Assembly (NCBI GenBank): GCA_951406725.2
Contig: OX597815.1
Coordinates: 95,418,001-95,482,000 of the forward strand
From: Octopus vulgaris
Taxonomy: Eukaryota
Direction of reading: 5' to 3'
Length of the DNA stretch: 64,000 nucleotides
How positions within the stretch are numbered: position 1 is the stretch's first letter; each line of letters starts with the position of its first letter. Both the position numbers and the translations under genes were made by a program. The notes under the pieces were generated by a model. The model had not been told where the DNA came from. It worked only from the letters and a program-made list of their open reading frames with translations, and did not search any database. This document shows, piece after piece, positions 12,538 through 25,544 of this stretch.

Positions 12538-13299
12538 AAGAAACTTACTGTTAAGAAAGCCTGCGTGGCGTCCAGTTATTAAATAAATGAAAAAATACAT
12601 ATTATGAACAGCACATCACCAAGGTGGGGGGAAATATCGAGAGGCGAGAGAAATGACGTCCGGCTGTATGGCCGTCCGTTATACAAAAGACAAGGAGACA
12701 AGAAAATGGCCTGTACTCAAGTGGGAGCAACAGGCAGACCTCATTTCTCTCGCCTCTTGATTTCTTTTTTGTCTTCAACAATTTATTCTATACCGTTTTG
12801 AAAAATTCATCCCTCGTCGATTGTTCGTTTCTGTATGCCCACTCTAGTGTCTTTTGTTCGTTCGAAGCCCTAACACTCCACAAATTTTAAATTAAAAAAA
12901 TTTCTGGATGGGTCTGTCTTGTCATTACAAGCAGGAAACGGAGTAACATCAGAGTCGACAACTGAGGGGGTCTTCATTTGGTATTTTGACCCGTACTTAT
13001 TTCTTAATGTGTTTTACGCATTTATAATTCGCTGGTGATATCCTATTCTTAATGTGTATTTCTTTCATCTATTTGTATGTATATATATATATTCATATAT
13101 ACATGCATACATACATAAATATACACACACACAAACACACACATATATATATATATATATATGTGTGTGTGTATATACACACACGCATATGAGATGTATG
13201 TGTATGAGTATGAATGTACTCATATTTGTGTTTATGTGTGCGCTTGTATGCGCGTATCCCAGGGTTTGTCTGTCTATATCCAATATATACGTATACTCA

Positions 13300-14372
13300 C
13301 GTGTGTGTATCTGTGTTTGTGTGTGTGCCTGTGTGTGTATCTGTGTGCTTGTGAGTGGGCCCGTGTGTTTGTATTAGATATTTCTAAGTATAGCATTGAA
13401 GGTTGTGTGTATCTGTTTGTGTGTTTGTGTGTTTGTGTGTGCCTGTGTGTGTGTCTGTGTGCTTGTGAGTGGGCGCGTGTGTTTGTATTAGATATTTCTA
13501 AGTGTGGCATTGAAGGTTGTGTGTATCTGTTTGTGTGTTTGTGTGTTTGTGTGTTTGTGTGTGTGCATGTGTGTGTGTCTGTGTGCTTGTGAGTGGGCCC
13601 GTGTGTTTTTATTAGATATTTCTAAGTATGGCATTGAAGGTTGTGTGTATCTGTTTGTGTGTTTGTGTGTTTGTGTGTGTGCCTGTGTGTGTGTCTGTGT
13701 GCTTGTGAGTGGGCGCGTGTGTTTGTATCAGATATTTCTAAGTGTGGCATTGAAGGTTGTGTGTATCTGTTTGTGTGTTTGTGTGTTTATGCGTTTGTGT
13801 GTGTGCATGTGTGTGTGTCTGTGTGCTTGTGAGTGGGCCCGTGTGTTTGTATTAGATATTTCTAAGTATGGCATTGAAGGTTGTGTGTATCTGTTTGTGT
13901 GTTTGTGTGTTTGTGTGTTTGTGTGTGTGCATGTGTGTGTGTCTGTGTGCTTGTGAGTGGGCCCGTGTGTTTTTATTAGATATTTTTAAGTATGGCATTG
14001 AAGGTTGTGTGTATCTATTTGTGTGTTTGTGTGTTTGTGTGTGTGCCTGTGTGCGTGTCTGTGTGCTTGTGAGTGGACGCGTGTGTTTGTATCAGATATT
14101 TCTAAGTGTGGCATTGAAGGTTGTGTGTATCTGTTTGTGTGTTTGTGTGTTTATGCGTTTGTGTGTGTGCATGTGTGTGTGTCTGTGTGCTTGTGAGTGG
14201 GCCCGTGTGTTTGTATTAGATATTTCTAAGTATGGCATTGAAGGTTGTGTGTATCTGTTTGTGTGTTTGTGTGTTTGTGTGTGTGCCTGTGTGTGTGTGT
14301 GTGTCTGTGTGCTTGTGAGTGGGCGCGTGTGTTTGTATTAGATATTTCTAAGTGTGGCATTGGAGGTTGTGT
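13300..14372. repeat. Minisatellite, 9 units of ~114-124 bp
   Basis: The anchor CTGTGTGCTTGTGAGTGG starts at about 13341, 13455, 13579, 13695, 13819, 13943, 14059, 14183 and 14305. Each unit has AGATATTTCTAAGT(A/G)TGGCATTGAAGGTTG plus a TG-rich tract. Confidence 0.95.
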
Positions 14373-14499
14373 ACGGAATATAATATTTTATGAAAAGGCA
14401 ATTGCTTGAAGCTAAGGTTTTAATTACTGCTGCTTTTGTTGTAGGAACATTAGTCTGACGCCAAACGAAAACAAGTGTTTCTGTGGGAGAATCCTATAT

Positions 14500-16100
14500 A
14501 GAAATATAACTAAATTTAATTCTTTATTATTTATTTGCTCACATATCTATTGTTTTCAAAAGATGGTAAAGTACGCGTTCGGTATCATAACTTTTTCACG
14601 GGTATTAATGGCAACATATTTATGCACGATCTTGAATGTGGTAGGTCTTTAGCCATAAAGCAAAATAAAGAACATTGTTCGCAGTTTAGAATTTAAATAA
14701 TTTTGAATAATAATATTACTTTAAAAATAACTGCTTTGGTTTTGACAGTTACCTATTTTAGTAAAAATTGCTTATTAATTAAACCACGAAACGTAGTTTT
14801 TCGAAGTAACAGGAAAGAATATAATTTTAAAGACATTTGAACTGACGACCACTTATAATAGTGGCGTCAATCTGCTTCATAAACTGCTAATTACATCATC
14901 AATTAAAACATCGTGTTCTGTATTATATATCTAAGAGAACTGACTTAGCTCAATTTAGTAATTCGTTCTAAAAATCTTATCTCTAATATCCACAATTATT
15001 ATCACACATGTTCAGTATCATAGTTTATCTAAAAGAGCAATACGACAAGGTTTAAATAGATTGTTATATGATGACAGAACGCTGAAATCACTGTTAATGA
15101 GGCGGAAGCAGTAAATTACTAAACATGATAAAAATCCTAGTGTAACAAAATTGATGAGTTCAGGTTCAAAGAAAACACGATAGTTTAATTACCAAATGAA
15201 GCCCCAAGAAGGCGATTAATAAATTTGGAGAACAGAATTCAATATGGAAGCAACAACTCTTGAAAGATGTTTAGCATATATACTTGCAGTTCGTTATTGG
15301 AAATCTTTTCTGGAGAAAGTTGATTATTCCCTAATAAATTTAGTCCATAATTAGTGCGAATGTCAGATAAATAGCTTACAGATTTATAATCCCATACACA
15401 CAGAGACATATAGAAACGAGATAGAAAATCTCGGTTCCTTCTATAATAAACTAAGCGAAAAAGTTGTAGTTTCCTCTCATCCTGAACACATAAGCATGTG
15501 ATATTGCAATTTCCTATGGACTACTTTTACTGAAATAACCTTTGTTGTGGCCTGTGGTTATCTAAATTCAGTTGGTGTTTACAACTTATATGCTGGAAAA
15601 ATAATTTAAAATTTATTTCAATTTCTCTACGATATGATTATCTCGCTTATTCTCAGCAGAAGTGACTCCATCAGTGGCAAAATTTGCTACGCGGTCTTAG
15701 AGTGAAATACATAGTCTAACAATTATGAGACCATTATTTCAACCACTTGGTTGTGTACATTTGAATATGAATTATACAAATCTAATAACAAAATAGCGTT
15801 TAGTTGGAACCAATATTATTTAATGTGTTGTCAGCTCTAAGCTCTAAACATAGATCTTTTTTATAAGCATTTAATTAATTATTCACGTAATTAATTATTC
15901 ACAGTGCCGCTAGAATCAAAACAAAAACATATATATTCATTCTCAATGCCATATATTCATTCTCAAGGCCATATGTTTTCGTAACATACGCGCTTCATTA
16001 ATGCAATTAAACTTGCAGAGGAGCGGTTTGTTATGAATATTCGTCGTCTACTTTAAGATGGTCCTCGATGACAAAATATAACGGCAGCCACCATATTCAC
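14500..16100 (-). mobile_element. Possible highly decayed hAT (Charlie-like) transposase relic
   Basis: Only short minus-strand motifs, in the expected order: LKVD..IHNKPLL (~16040), FATDG (~15670), ELSQF (~14940). Weak. Confidence 0.3.
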
Positions 16101-16819
16101 TTTTAAATATGCAGAACGTATTCAGAATGAACAATTATATTATTGTTGGATTCTCGCTCTTTGTGCACTTTATAGATAACTATCAGTTCGGAAGGTATCA
16201 GCACGGTTCAGAAAACATTGTGAATTACTGATTTGTGGGAGCAAGGGTTACTATTCTTGATAGACCACTGGCATGGAGTAGCTTTAACTGAAGAGACACA
16301 AAATGTGTTCGAAAAGTTGCGGTTTCTCAAAACCCATTTTCTTAAATTAAATCGCATGTGTTCTGAACAAACATTGTCTAAAAGAAGGAAATGTTCTCCA
16401 ATGGCCAAATGCAATACCGATTAGCAAATTCATGCGTAAATCTGCTAAAACTCATTATGAATAAATACGATAACTTATTATCTATACTAATAATGCATGT
16501 TTAATCATCAAGGGTTGAGAGCTTTGAGTGGAGGCGGGGGGCGCCTGCGTAAATGCCAATGTGTGTATCTGCGAAAGTATCTTAGTGTCTATGACTGTAT
16601 TTATAGAATGTTTGTCGGCAGAACTCATAGTATGTACGATTACTGTGAAGGTAAATAGATGTGTGACACATACGGGAATAAGGAGGAGGTTTTAAAGTTT
16701 TCAAAGTAATAATACGCACTTAATACTATAGTTCACTGAATTATGTTGTTTATAGAGATGATACAACTTTGAAAGAAATTATTCTGGATGACCAATCTGA
16801 AATTGTTTATTGGAACTCA

Positions 16820-16867
<48 letters not shown>

Positions 16868-18031
16868 TAATTTTCCCATCCCTACTTAAAATCCGTATCT
16901 GTAACATTATTTTTGAAAAGTTGAATGATGTTCAGTAAACTGCTTTTTTCAAGTCCCGAATTCAAAAACAAAAACTTATAACTCAAACATAGAAACTGCT
17001 CATTGTCAAATTTCAATCATTTAAATTAGTCGTCATTCTAGTTCTCTTGTCAAGCGCCTCTAAACAGAAACTGATCATTTTCAAATGTGTTTTGTGAGAC
17101 TTCACATGATATTTAATAAATGTATAAATAAATTGACTAAAAAATAAAATTATAAGGCTATGAGTTGTTTGACGAGAAATCTGTAGAATGCTTAGTTGTC
17201 CGTTGGCGTAAAAGTTTGGCAAGCTGCTGGAAATAAAATCGAATTTTCCATGGAGTTTTGTGCCCGCCATCGGGCTTCTGCATGTATATTCCCACGGGGT
17301 ATTTTATGGATCAAAATAAAATTCATTAAATTATATACAATGCTTTCCTACATCATATGCTCGAAACCCCCCCTACCCTCAGACGCCAACATGCTCGCAC
17401 ACACGCACGCCCCCCACTTACATATCCATATATATTACATGTGAGTATGTTTGTGAGTATGTCAGTGTCTCTCTCTGTAAATGTGTATATATGCAAATAT
17501 ATATATATATATATATATTCAAGCATATATATCTGAATACGGATACACGCAAAAGTCAACAGCCTACATACAGTTTCTCCTCAGGAAGAATTGCTTTGTT
17601 AGAATAAAGTGGTTATAGTTTCCATAATATTGTGCTCAACTTGATAGGCTGTGTGGGCCGATAACTATCTGTAACACCTAATTTAAAAATTCTAGCGATC
17701 ATAATATAAAGTTTAGAGGAGATGTGTATATGTACTAATGGGTTGAAATAAGGCTTAAATATATTTATGATTGGGTTATGCCGGCATTTACTGAAATTAC
17801 GAGATATTCAGTTATTGAGGTCGATTTTTTAGTGGTTCGAACAATTCAACTTAAATGATATTGTTAGACACAAGATAAATTTAACTTTCGTGAGCAACAC
17901 AGCCCAGAGGGAATTTCCGAGTAGTAACTCAACTTTTGTTATAATAAACATGTCTTTCCATATTGAGCAGTATCTCAGGAAATACTTGTATTTTTGATAT
18001 ACTAGACAACGCTTACATAGTCACGCACACA

Positions 18032-18032
18032 C

Positions 18033-18120
<88 letters not shown>

Positions 18121-18210
18121 CTCCGTCTGTCTCTCTATCTATCTGTCTGTGTGTCTGTCTGTCTGTATATATGTATGTGTGTGCGTGTGCGTGTGCGTGC
18201 GTGTGTGTGC
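18032..18210. repeat. (TCTA)n(TCTG)n(GT)n microsatellite
   Basis: Read directly. Confidence 0.95.
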
Positions 18211-18589
18211 ATGTATTATTTTAGTTTTTTATTTGCGCTTATTTGCGCTTGTTTACGCTTTTCTATCCCTGCAACTCAGCAAAACAGGGTTAACACACTG
18301 AAAGCGTTACATTTACTTATTTTATATGTTATTTATGTTATGGATATTTGCATATGCATACAATACTGAGACATAAATAAACCAAATCCAGTTGTCAAAA
18401 TGTGAAACACAAGGAAAACCATTTAGACACACACTAATATTTTCCTTTTTCATTTGTCTGTCTGGCTTTTTTCCTGTTGGTCTGACTGCCTATCATTCTG
18501 TGTCCTTGTTTTTTTTTCTTTTGCTTCTGTTTCTGTCTTTCTGCTTCTCCTGTCTCGTATACACACACAAACATATATGTGTATATATA

Positions 18590-21500
18590 TCTTCTTCTTG
18601 TCTTCAGACAGCATTCACCCGGTGTGGGTTGAGCTGGCTTCATTCATCCTCAATGCTACATCTCTACAAACGCCGACCAGGCCTGGCGATTTGAGGCTAA
18701 CGACCGCGTGATCTCCAACCACTCCTTATTCCAGCGGCGAACGCCGTAGATATGGGGGCCTAGGTTGGGTTCCAGATCAGCCTTGACTGTCATCAGCCAG
18801 GTTTTTTTCTTTGTCCACCACATCGTTTTCGCCAACCCTGAAGTGGAGCTGGGGCAATTGCTTCGTAGATGAATTCTCCTGGTTGACGACGGAGGGCATA
18901 GCCCAGCCAATGCAGACGTCTCGTTAGGATGACTTGTCGGAGGGAGGTGATTCTGCACTGGTGTCGCACCGAATTGTTGGAGACAAAGTGATGCCATCGG
19001 ACACGAAGGATGCGGCGCAGACAGAGGTAATCGAGGGATTCTAGTCGCTTCATATCTTCCACCCTCATCGGCCATGACTCACTGCCGTAAAGGAGAATCG
19101 TTCGCACTAGTGCTTGGTAGATCCGTAATTTGGTGGTGCGTCGGATCTCAGATCTTGACCAGAGTCATGCATTGAGTCGGGTGAAGGCTTGGCGAGCGAG
19201 GTCGAATCCTGTTTTAATGTCAGCCTCACCTTGACCTGTGGCTGTAATGATGGCGCCAAAGTATTTGAAACTCTCAACCTGTTCATGAATATCACCATTG
19301 AGGACAGTAGGTGTTTTGTCTGGTGGGGCGAAGCCGGCTGTGAAGCATTGGATTTCATACCAATCTGCGATGCAACACGCTGCAGCTCATTGATAGCAAA
19401 CTGGATGTCAGCAAATGTTTCGCCAAGTATCGCTATGTCATCTGCGTAGTCTAGATCCTTGACGGAAAAGTAGTGACCAAGAGTGACACCGGGGAACTCC
19501 CTTAATGCATTTGTGGCGATCCAGTCGATGGCGTAATTGAAAAGAGTCGGCAAAAGAACACATCCCTGCCGAACGCCAGACCGTATTTCGAAAGGTTCCG
19601 ACACTTCAACGTACACGCGTACGCGGGATCTTGTTGAGCAGTAATAAGCTTTGATAAGATTGAGAAGTTTAGGTGGGATACCATCTGCTTGCATGACCTT
19701 GCAGAAGGTGTCACGATCGACGGAGTCGAATGCAGCAGAAAAATCAACAAAGCAGATCACTGCTTTTTGCTGAAAGCACCAACGCTGTTCGAGGATTCAT
19801 CTTAGGGTGAAGATTTGATCGGTGCAGCCTCGACTTGGACGGAAACCGCACTGGTTTGGTCTTGTTCTAGAGTCACGTTCTGACTGGAATCGTCTCAGAA
19901 GAATAGATGCTAATATTTTGGTAGAAACATCAATCAGACAGATGCCACGGTAGTTGCTGCAGCAACGTTTATCCCCTTTCTTAAAGAAAGGTACCAGTGT
20001 TGCGTCGCTCCAGTCGTGGGGGAGGGTTTCGGTATCCCAAACCCGGGTGATAACTTGATGAAGCGCGGGCCCCAGTATATTTGCACTATTCTTGAGGATC
20101 TCAGCAGGAATGTTATCCTTGTCGGTAGCTTCGTTATTTTTTAGCTTTCTGATAACAGGAAGGACCTCTTCAAGCGTGGGGTGGGGCTGTTTGGCAGTTA
20201 TACAAAGTTTGGATCGCGTCGATCGTAGGAGCGGACAAGGGGGGCTGGTGGACGTGGTTCAGCAGATTGGTGAAATGGTCTCTCCCGCTGATGATGCGCT
20301 CTGTGAGATTGGTGATGGAATCGCCATTCTAGTCCAAAATGGTTACCACTTCAGCCTGTCTTCGTGCTCGATCGAAGGAGGCTGCAGAGCTTACGGGAGT
20401 CTCCAGCAGATGCGGCGCGTTCCATGTCTTCAGCCACCGTCCTATTTCGATCAGCGCGGGCAGAACATGTAGCTTCACGGCGCAGTTGTCTGAAGGTATC
20501 GGATTGGTTGCCTCGAGCTTGTTTCGCTTTTTCAGCAATTTCGATTGTTCAGCCCGAGATCCAATCTTTATCTTTTCGCTTAGTAGTGCCGTGTGTGTTG
20601 GACATCACGGATTGAAGATTGTGTTTGACCGCTTGCCAGACTTCATTTGACGAAGCAGATTGAAGTACCTGGAGCCCGTTAAACCGATTTTTTAATTCGA
20701 TACGGAATAAATGATCGATCTGGTTACTTTTTAGCTTCGAGATATCGTATCTTAGAGGCTTAGAGCGACACTTGACGACCTTGAGATGAAGATGTAGGTT
20801 TGCCCGTCCTAATATATGAACGGGACCATGTTCGCTGCCGGTTTCTGCGCCTCTGAACATTCGGCAATCAAGGACGCTCCAGTGGCTTCTAACAAGAAAA
20901 TGTTCAATCTGGCTAGCTGTGACACCGTCATTGGAGTACCAGGTAAGACGATGGCGCCGTGAATGTCGAAAGCGCGTGATGGAATCAGTAAGATGATTTG
21001 CAGCAGCGAAATTGACAGGTCTTTCACCATTGGCGCATTGGTTGCCAATCGCAAACCGTCCCAGTATGTGATCGTTAGTGGTGTTACTTGGTCCGTCTTG
21101 TGCGGGCATTCCAATCACCTGCGATGATTAGAATGTCGCTTGTAGGAATGCGATCAATAACTGCCAGTATCTCATCATAGAAGGGGTCTTTATCTTCATC
21201 AAAAGCGTTGAGAGTGAGAGCATAGATTGTTGAGAGTGGAGGCAACTTCATGAACGCCAGTGTTATCAGTTGGTCCAATGTGGTAGAGATTGTATGATGC
21301 GTCGTGTTGGAATACTCTGATTTTGCGATAACCAGAATCAGGAAGTCTAACGTCAGAGAGGCATGCAATATCGATGTTATATTTGGAGAGAGTGTGCATC
21401 GCTAGTGCCTATGTTTCTTCATTCATCAGGGATCTGACATTCCAAAAGCCAAAGAAATGCGTTCTGCCGTGTCACATTAGCATCCCAGTTTGCTGATTTA

Positions 21501-21885
21501 ACACTCGCCTCACTGGGGTAGTGAGAGCGTCAGTTTCCGCGGACGCCGTAGTAGAGTTTATCGTTGAAGAAGGTGAGATGTACATGAAGAAAAATTGAAG
21601 GATCTTGGGAATAGGAAGTTCGCTAGCGGTCCTCAGCCGCAAGTATATCGCTGTTGGGAAACCGTGTTGTTTGTCGTAGATTTTCCACAGAAGAAGGAAT
21701 AGGACGGGTTGAAGCGGCCGACCGCTGGATCAGACGCTTCTGTTCACCAGAGCCTCGTTAGCCAGGAGCAGCCCTGATACCGCTGGGTGTCAGAACAATC
21801 CGCCTTGAGTGGCCCTATCAGAAACCGAAGTCTCTGACGGGATAGCTCTGATACTCCCGTTTCACCCTCTTACCACGATGAGTTA
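18590..21885 (-). mobile_element. Near full-length RTE-clade LINE, inactivated
   Basis: About 3.3 kb with higher GC than the flanks. It has a ~400-nt 5' UTR, a single APE+RT ORF broken into fragments, and a short (GAA)-type 3' tail at ~18590-18607. No clear target-site duplication seen. Confidence 0.95.
18600..21480 (-). pseudogene. RTE endonuclease / reverse transcriptase ORF, disrupted
   Basis: APE motifs FWNVRSL, IDIACLSDVR, IIAGDWNAR, TWYSNDGVTASQIEHFLV. RT motifs CFVDFSAAFDSV, GVRQGCVLLPTLFN, LDYADDIA. C-terminal LLYGSESW and RRLHWLGYALR. Several stops and frameshifts. Confidence 0.95.
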
Positions 21886-21899
21886 CACATACCTAAAAA

Positions 21900-23990
21900 A
21901 TCGTATACAAGAAATACAGTAGTATAAACGCATTGGCAGATATATTACTGTTTCTTTCCAGTTGGAATAGTTACTGGCATTCCTTGCACCTTGTGTGTCA
22001 CCTTCTGAGTATTTGCATTACTGTAACTGACTGGAGGAACACTCTTCCAGTATGGTAATTATGGTGAATTAATTAAAGCATAAAATATTGATTGTGTTTT
22101 TATTTCTAAAATTTTTTTGATAAAATACATTTCTTTTTTGTGTGGGTTGCAGTTCTGTGATTGAGTCGTTGCACTGTTAGAAAGGCAAAACAGAATGGTT
22201 GGGCATCCCTCAGTTGTCGGTGTACTGTCATTTTCTTTCTTTTTGTCATGCCCGTTTGTGTCTGATGTAGTATTCTGGGCAACCTTTACAAGCCATAATG
22301 TAGATTAGCTTGTCCGACATGATTTTAATGCTCCCCCCCGCCTTTTTGAAGTGGAATTCAGGACTTTCTAATGAGTAGCTAAATACTTTACAATTTAACC
22401 GGTTATATCTAATTACTTTAGGGTCAGCCGTTTGAGTATGCAGCTTTTATGTTTTAGATATCTTTTTTAGCGGTTTTGTTTGCCTCTTGGTTTTTAAAAA
22501 TGGATGTTTTCTAGGATTTTTTAATTTTTGATCCTGTACTAATATTGGCAAACTTACACATATGCTGGTGAAAAATTCGGTGTTTCTTGTGTTAAAAATT
22601 GAAATATATTTTTTTTCATGCTTGAGTTGTTCGAATTGTTTAGAAGCCAGTTTGTTAAGCTTTCTGAATAAACAAGTTAATTCAGTTTTACCTGGCTATT
22701 TTCCAATCATAATTATTTCTTTCATTTAATCTTTTATCTCTTGTTTTAGGGTTTGATAAAATTGTGTATATTCTTCTAGCTATTTTTGAGTCGATGAATT
22801 TCAAGTAAATATCGGTTTCCAGCAGTGAATTTCTCCTTGTTATTAGAATTTCTAGAAGTGGGGCTTATCGTTGCTGAATTCCGCGGTGAAATAAATTCAT
22901 GGATTTATGCTGTTTACAAGATTTTGGAGTTGTTTCTGTCTGTCAATATTTTCCCTCCATAAAATGAATCAATCATCTAGAATCTTCTTCCAGTTATCTC
23001 TTAAAAAATAACAGCTGAAAGCTTCTTCAAAATTTTCAGAGGATTTTCATAGCTTTTTATTTCATAATATCGTATAACCAATTTGGCACTTGAGGGCAAC
23101 ATTAGTTACCATGGACGTCTCTGACTTTTGTAGATAGACTTTCTAATCAAATATGGAGTTGTTATTCTCTAAGATAAATTGGAGACCATGACAATAACTT
23201 ATAGATCTATGAATTCAGGTATTCCATGTTAAAATGAGTCTAATTAATATTCTATTGCTTCGTTTCTGTAATTGTGAGGAATGTTGGAGTAGAGGTTCAG
23301 AATATCAAATGTGAACATATATAGGTGTTTTCGTCTATCATGTGTTGGGTATATGGCCCTTTATAAAGCGCTTTGTATGATTGCGGAAAGGTTTCTGTAG
23401 AATGTCTAGGATATTACTTTGGGGATATATTTCGCCCGATGAGCCATCTACAATAGTTCTCAGTTTTAGAATACATGCTGATGGAATATTAACACAAATT
23501 GTTTTTGTTCCTCCACATTTTTCAGTGATTAGATTAATTTTATGTATTTTAGGCATTCCATAGAAGCTGGTTGTTTTTTATTTGAAAATTTTAAGGCACT
23601 ATAACTTTTTATGAGTTAAAGAGCTTTGATGTGTGTGTGTTGTGGGATGGCAATTCATAATTTTCATAGATTTATTACTTTTGGTTTCTTCATATATCAT
23701 TTGGTCGAGTTTTTTCAGATTAGTTTCGCTGGGTGATTTTTAGTTCCAACTTGACACAAATGCACATTTGTCCTTGAGTTATTTTATGAATGTTATATAT
23801 TCGAATTTCAGTCATTACACACGTAATATTCGATTTAGGTTCACATATCGTGAGAGTGTCATCATATGTGTTTTAGTTATGCCGAACTTCTTTGACTTTC
23901 CGGATATTGTTTTCGGGTGTAGAGATTCCCATGGAATCATAGTAAGTAATGGAAATAGTTGAAAATGTTTGCACAGTTTTATCTTTACTA
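21900..23990 (-). mobile_element. Penelope-like element relic (RT + GIY-YIG)
   Basis: Minus-strand motifs in the correct order: MPKIHK...LKLRTIV (23556-23450), TFDILNLYSNIPH (~23300), KFILENN, WKKILDD*FILW (~22980), then CNRLNCK and KLIYIMACKGCPEYYI (GIY-YIG, ~22260-22320). Heavily mutated. Confidence 0.88.
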
Positions 23991-24698
23991 TTTTCTTGAG
24001 TCAGGTAGAGTAGTTTCAACCGAATTCATTTATGGGTATGCTAGCTTTGCACTTGTAATACTGTAAGCTGAAGAAATCCCCAATAACTCTACCAAAATAG
24101 GAGATAGTTAACCAATAACATAACGATATAGCATCCACACTTCGTACAAAACGATTTAAAAAAGAAACCATCATAACATACCATCGAAGATATATAAATG
24201 TAGCAAGCTGTTATTGTTTACAAAATAATATTTCAAAACGGTCAACATCAGTTAATCAAGCTATATTTATGAAAATATATACAAGTAAGGATGTTCACAA
24301 TAAAGTTTCTAACAAAAACGAGCTACGAAACATGGGAAAAACCCTATACGGTTTTTGTAGCGTATTCTTCCTGCTAACGAAACCCACGACACAGAAATCC
24401 ATATTTAGAACTTTCCTTTACGACTTTGTCTGCCACTGACATATACTTTACCACAAAAGTTTGGTATGTACTCAAAAGTATTCAAAAATTTTTTATCCTT
24501 TTGTCATAATATTCATCTTAATAATCTTCTGAATAACCCTAACTTTTAACTTTATACAATATGGCAATATTGTTTAAAATATTTAACTATAGTAGAACAT
24601 GATAAGATTTTCCCTGTTTCATTATCAATGGTCTACTAGTGGCCTATGTCCCTTTAATTGCCAGCTAACATCTTGATTTAAGATTTCCTTTACCAAAT

Positions 24699-25149
24699 CT
24701 CATGACATTGATTCAAATAAATCTTGATATTTTTATGACTATACAGCTATGATTTATCTCGACTCCCTCAGCCCGCTTCCTAACAGGCATTGCTCCTTGC
24801 TCTTGTGGCCTTAGATATACAAAGATTTGATAAACTAGTCTATAACTTAAAACTACCCCCATAAAACAGTGACAAGGGAAATCTGTAACAAGACTTTCTT
24901 CCTGGTACCTTAGTAGATTCTAAGCTGAAGTGAAGACAGAATGTTCTCTGTCTATCTCCATACGCTCTTGAAGAGTTTAGGTAAAAATTATACTAATGTG
25001 TCCATTTGTTTTAATTTAATTACATTCCATGTCTTTATGCAGCCGAGGATTGCTCTGCATTTAAATTGATGTAATGACTGTTCAATTAAATGGAGTTTCT
25101 TGAAACGATCGTACTCTATTAACTCTGGATATTCTTGTTGCTTAATTTG

Positions 25150-25152
<3 letters not shown>
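24699..25152 (+). mobile_element. PLE-type terminal repeat (second copy of 1935-2391) with a decayed hammerhead at 25038-25118
   Basis: UGCAG-CCGAGGA-stem II-GAAACGAUCGUA-CUCUA: core U4 changed to C and stem I damaged. Flanks are homologous to the 1935-2391 copy. Confidence 0.7.
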
Positions 25153-25192
<40 letters not shown>

Positions 25193-25247
25193 CTATATAT
25201 GTATGTATGTATTGTATGGCTTTGTGTGTGTGTTTTCTGTGTATGCG

Positions 25248-25418
25248 TGCAAAAACATCACAAAAATATCACGAAAAACTTCTACTTAGTTTCACGTTCC
25301 TCTTCGTCTGGCAATTTAGATCCAGAATGAATCCATTCCGGATTTCTACTGACAGACGAATAGGAACGTGAAACTCTGAATAGCAGTTTTGTTGTGGTAT
25401 TTTTGTGATGGTTTTGCA
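25248..25418. repeat. 171-nt fold-back inverted repeat
   Basis: 25288-25313 and 25350-25375 pair at 24 of 26 positions. Inner ATCCAGAATG/CATTCCGGAT and outer CATCACAAAAATA/TATTTTTGTGATG also pair. Confidence 0.9.
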
Positions 25419-25503
25419 GCTTTAATAATAAAGCATATTGCCCTATCTCCAGTATTCGAGTACTATTTTTTCCCACCTGGTTTCATGTTTATGTGCTTAT
25501 TGT

Positions 25504-25540
<37 letters not shown>

Positions 25541-25544
25541 TATT

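Noticed and set aside
13300-14372. CRISPR-like repeat/spacer appearance and Cys/Val-rich ORFs
   Set aside because: The intervening segments are near-identical TG-rich tracts rather than unique spacers, there are no cas genes, and the context is eukaryotic.
15871-15975. Short tandem duplications (also 31737-31813)
   Set aside because: Ordinary local slippage duplications of 15-35 bp with no sign of function.
18570-21900. Target-site duplication around the RTE element
   Set aside because: The flanks are low-complexity and no convincing direct repeat was found.
24920-24970. CTGAAG followed by an AGACAGA/TCTGTCT hairpin as a hammerhead
   Set aside because: There is no GAAA box, and the homologous copy near 2140-2165 lacks the motif.
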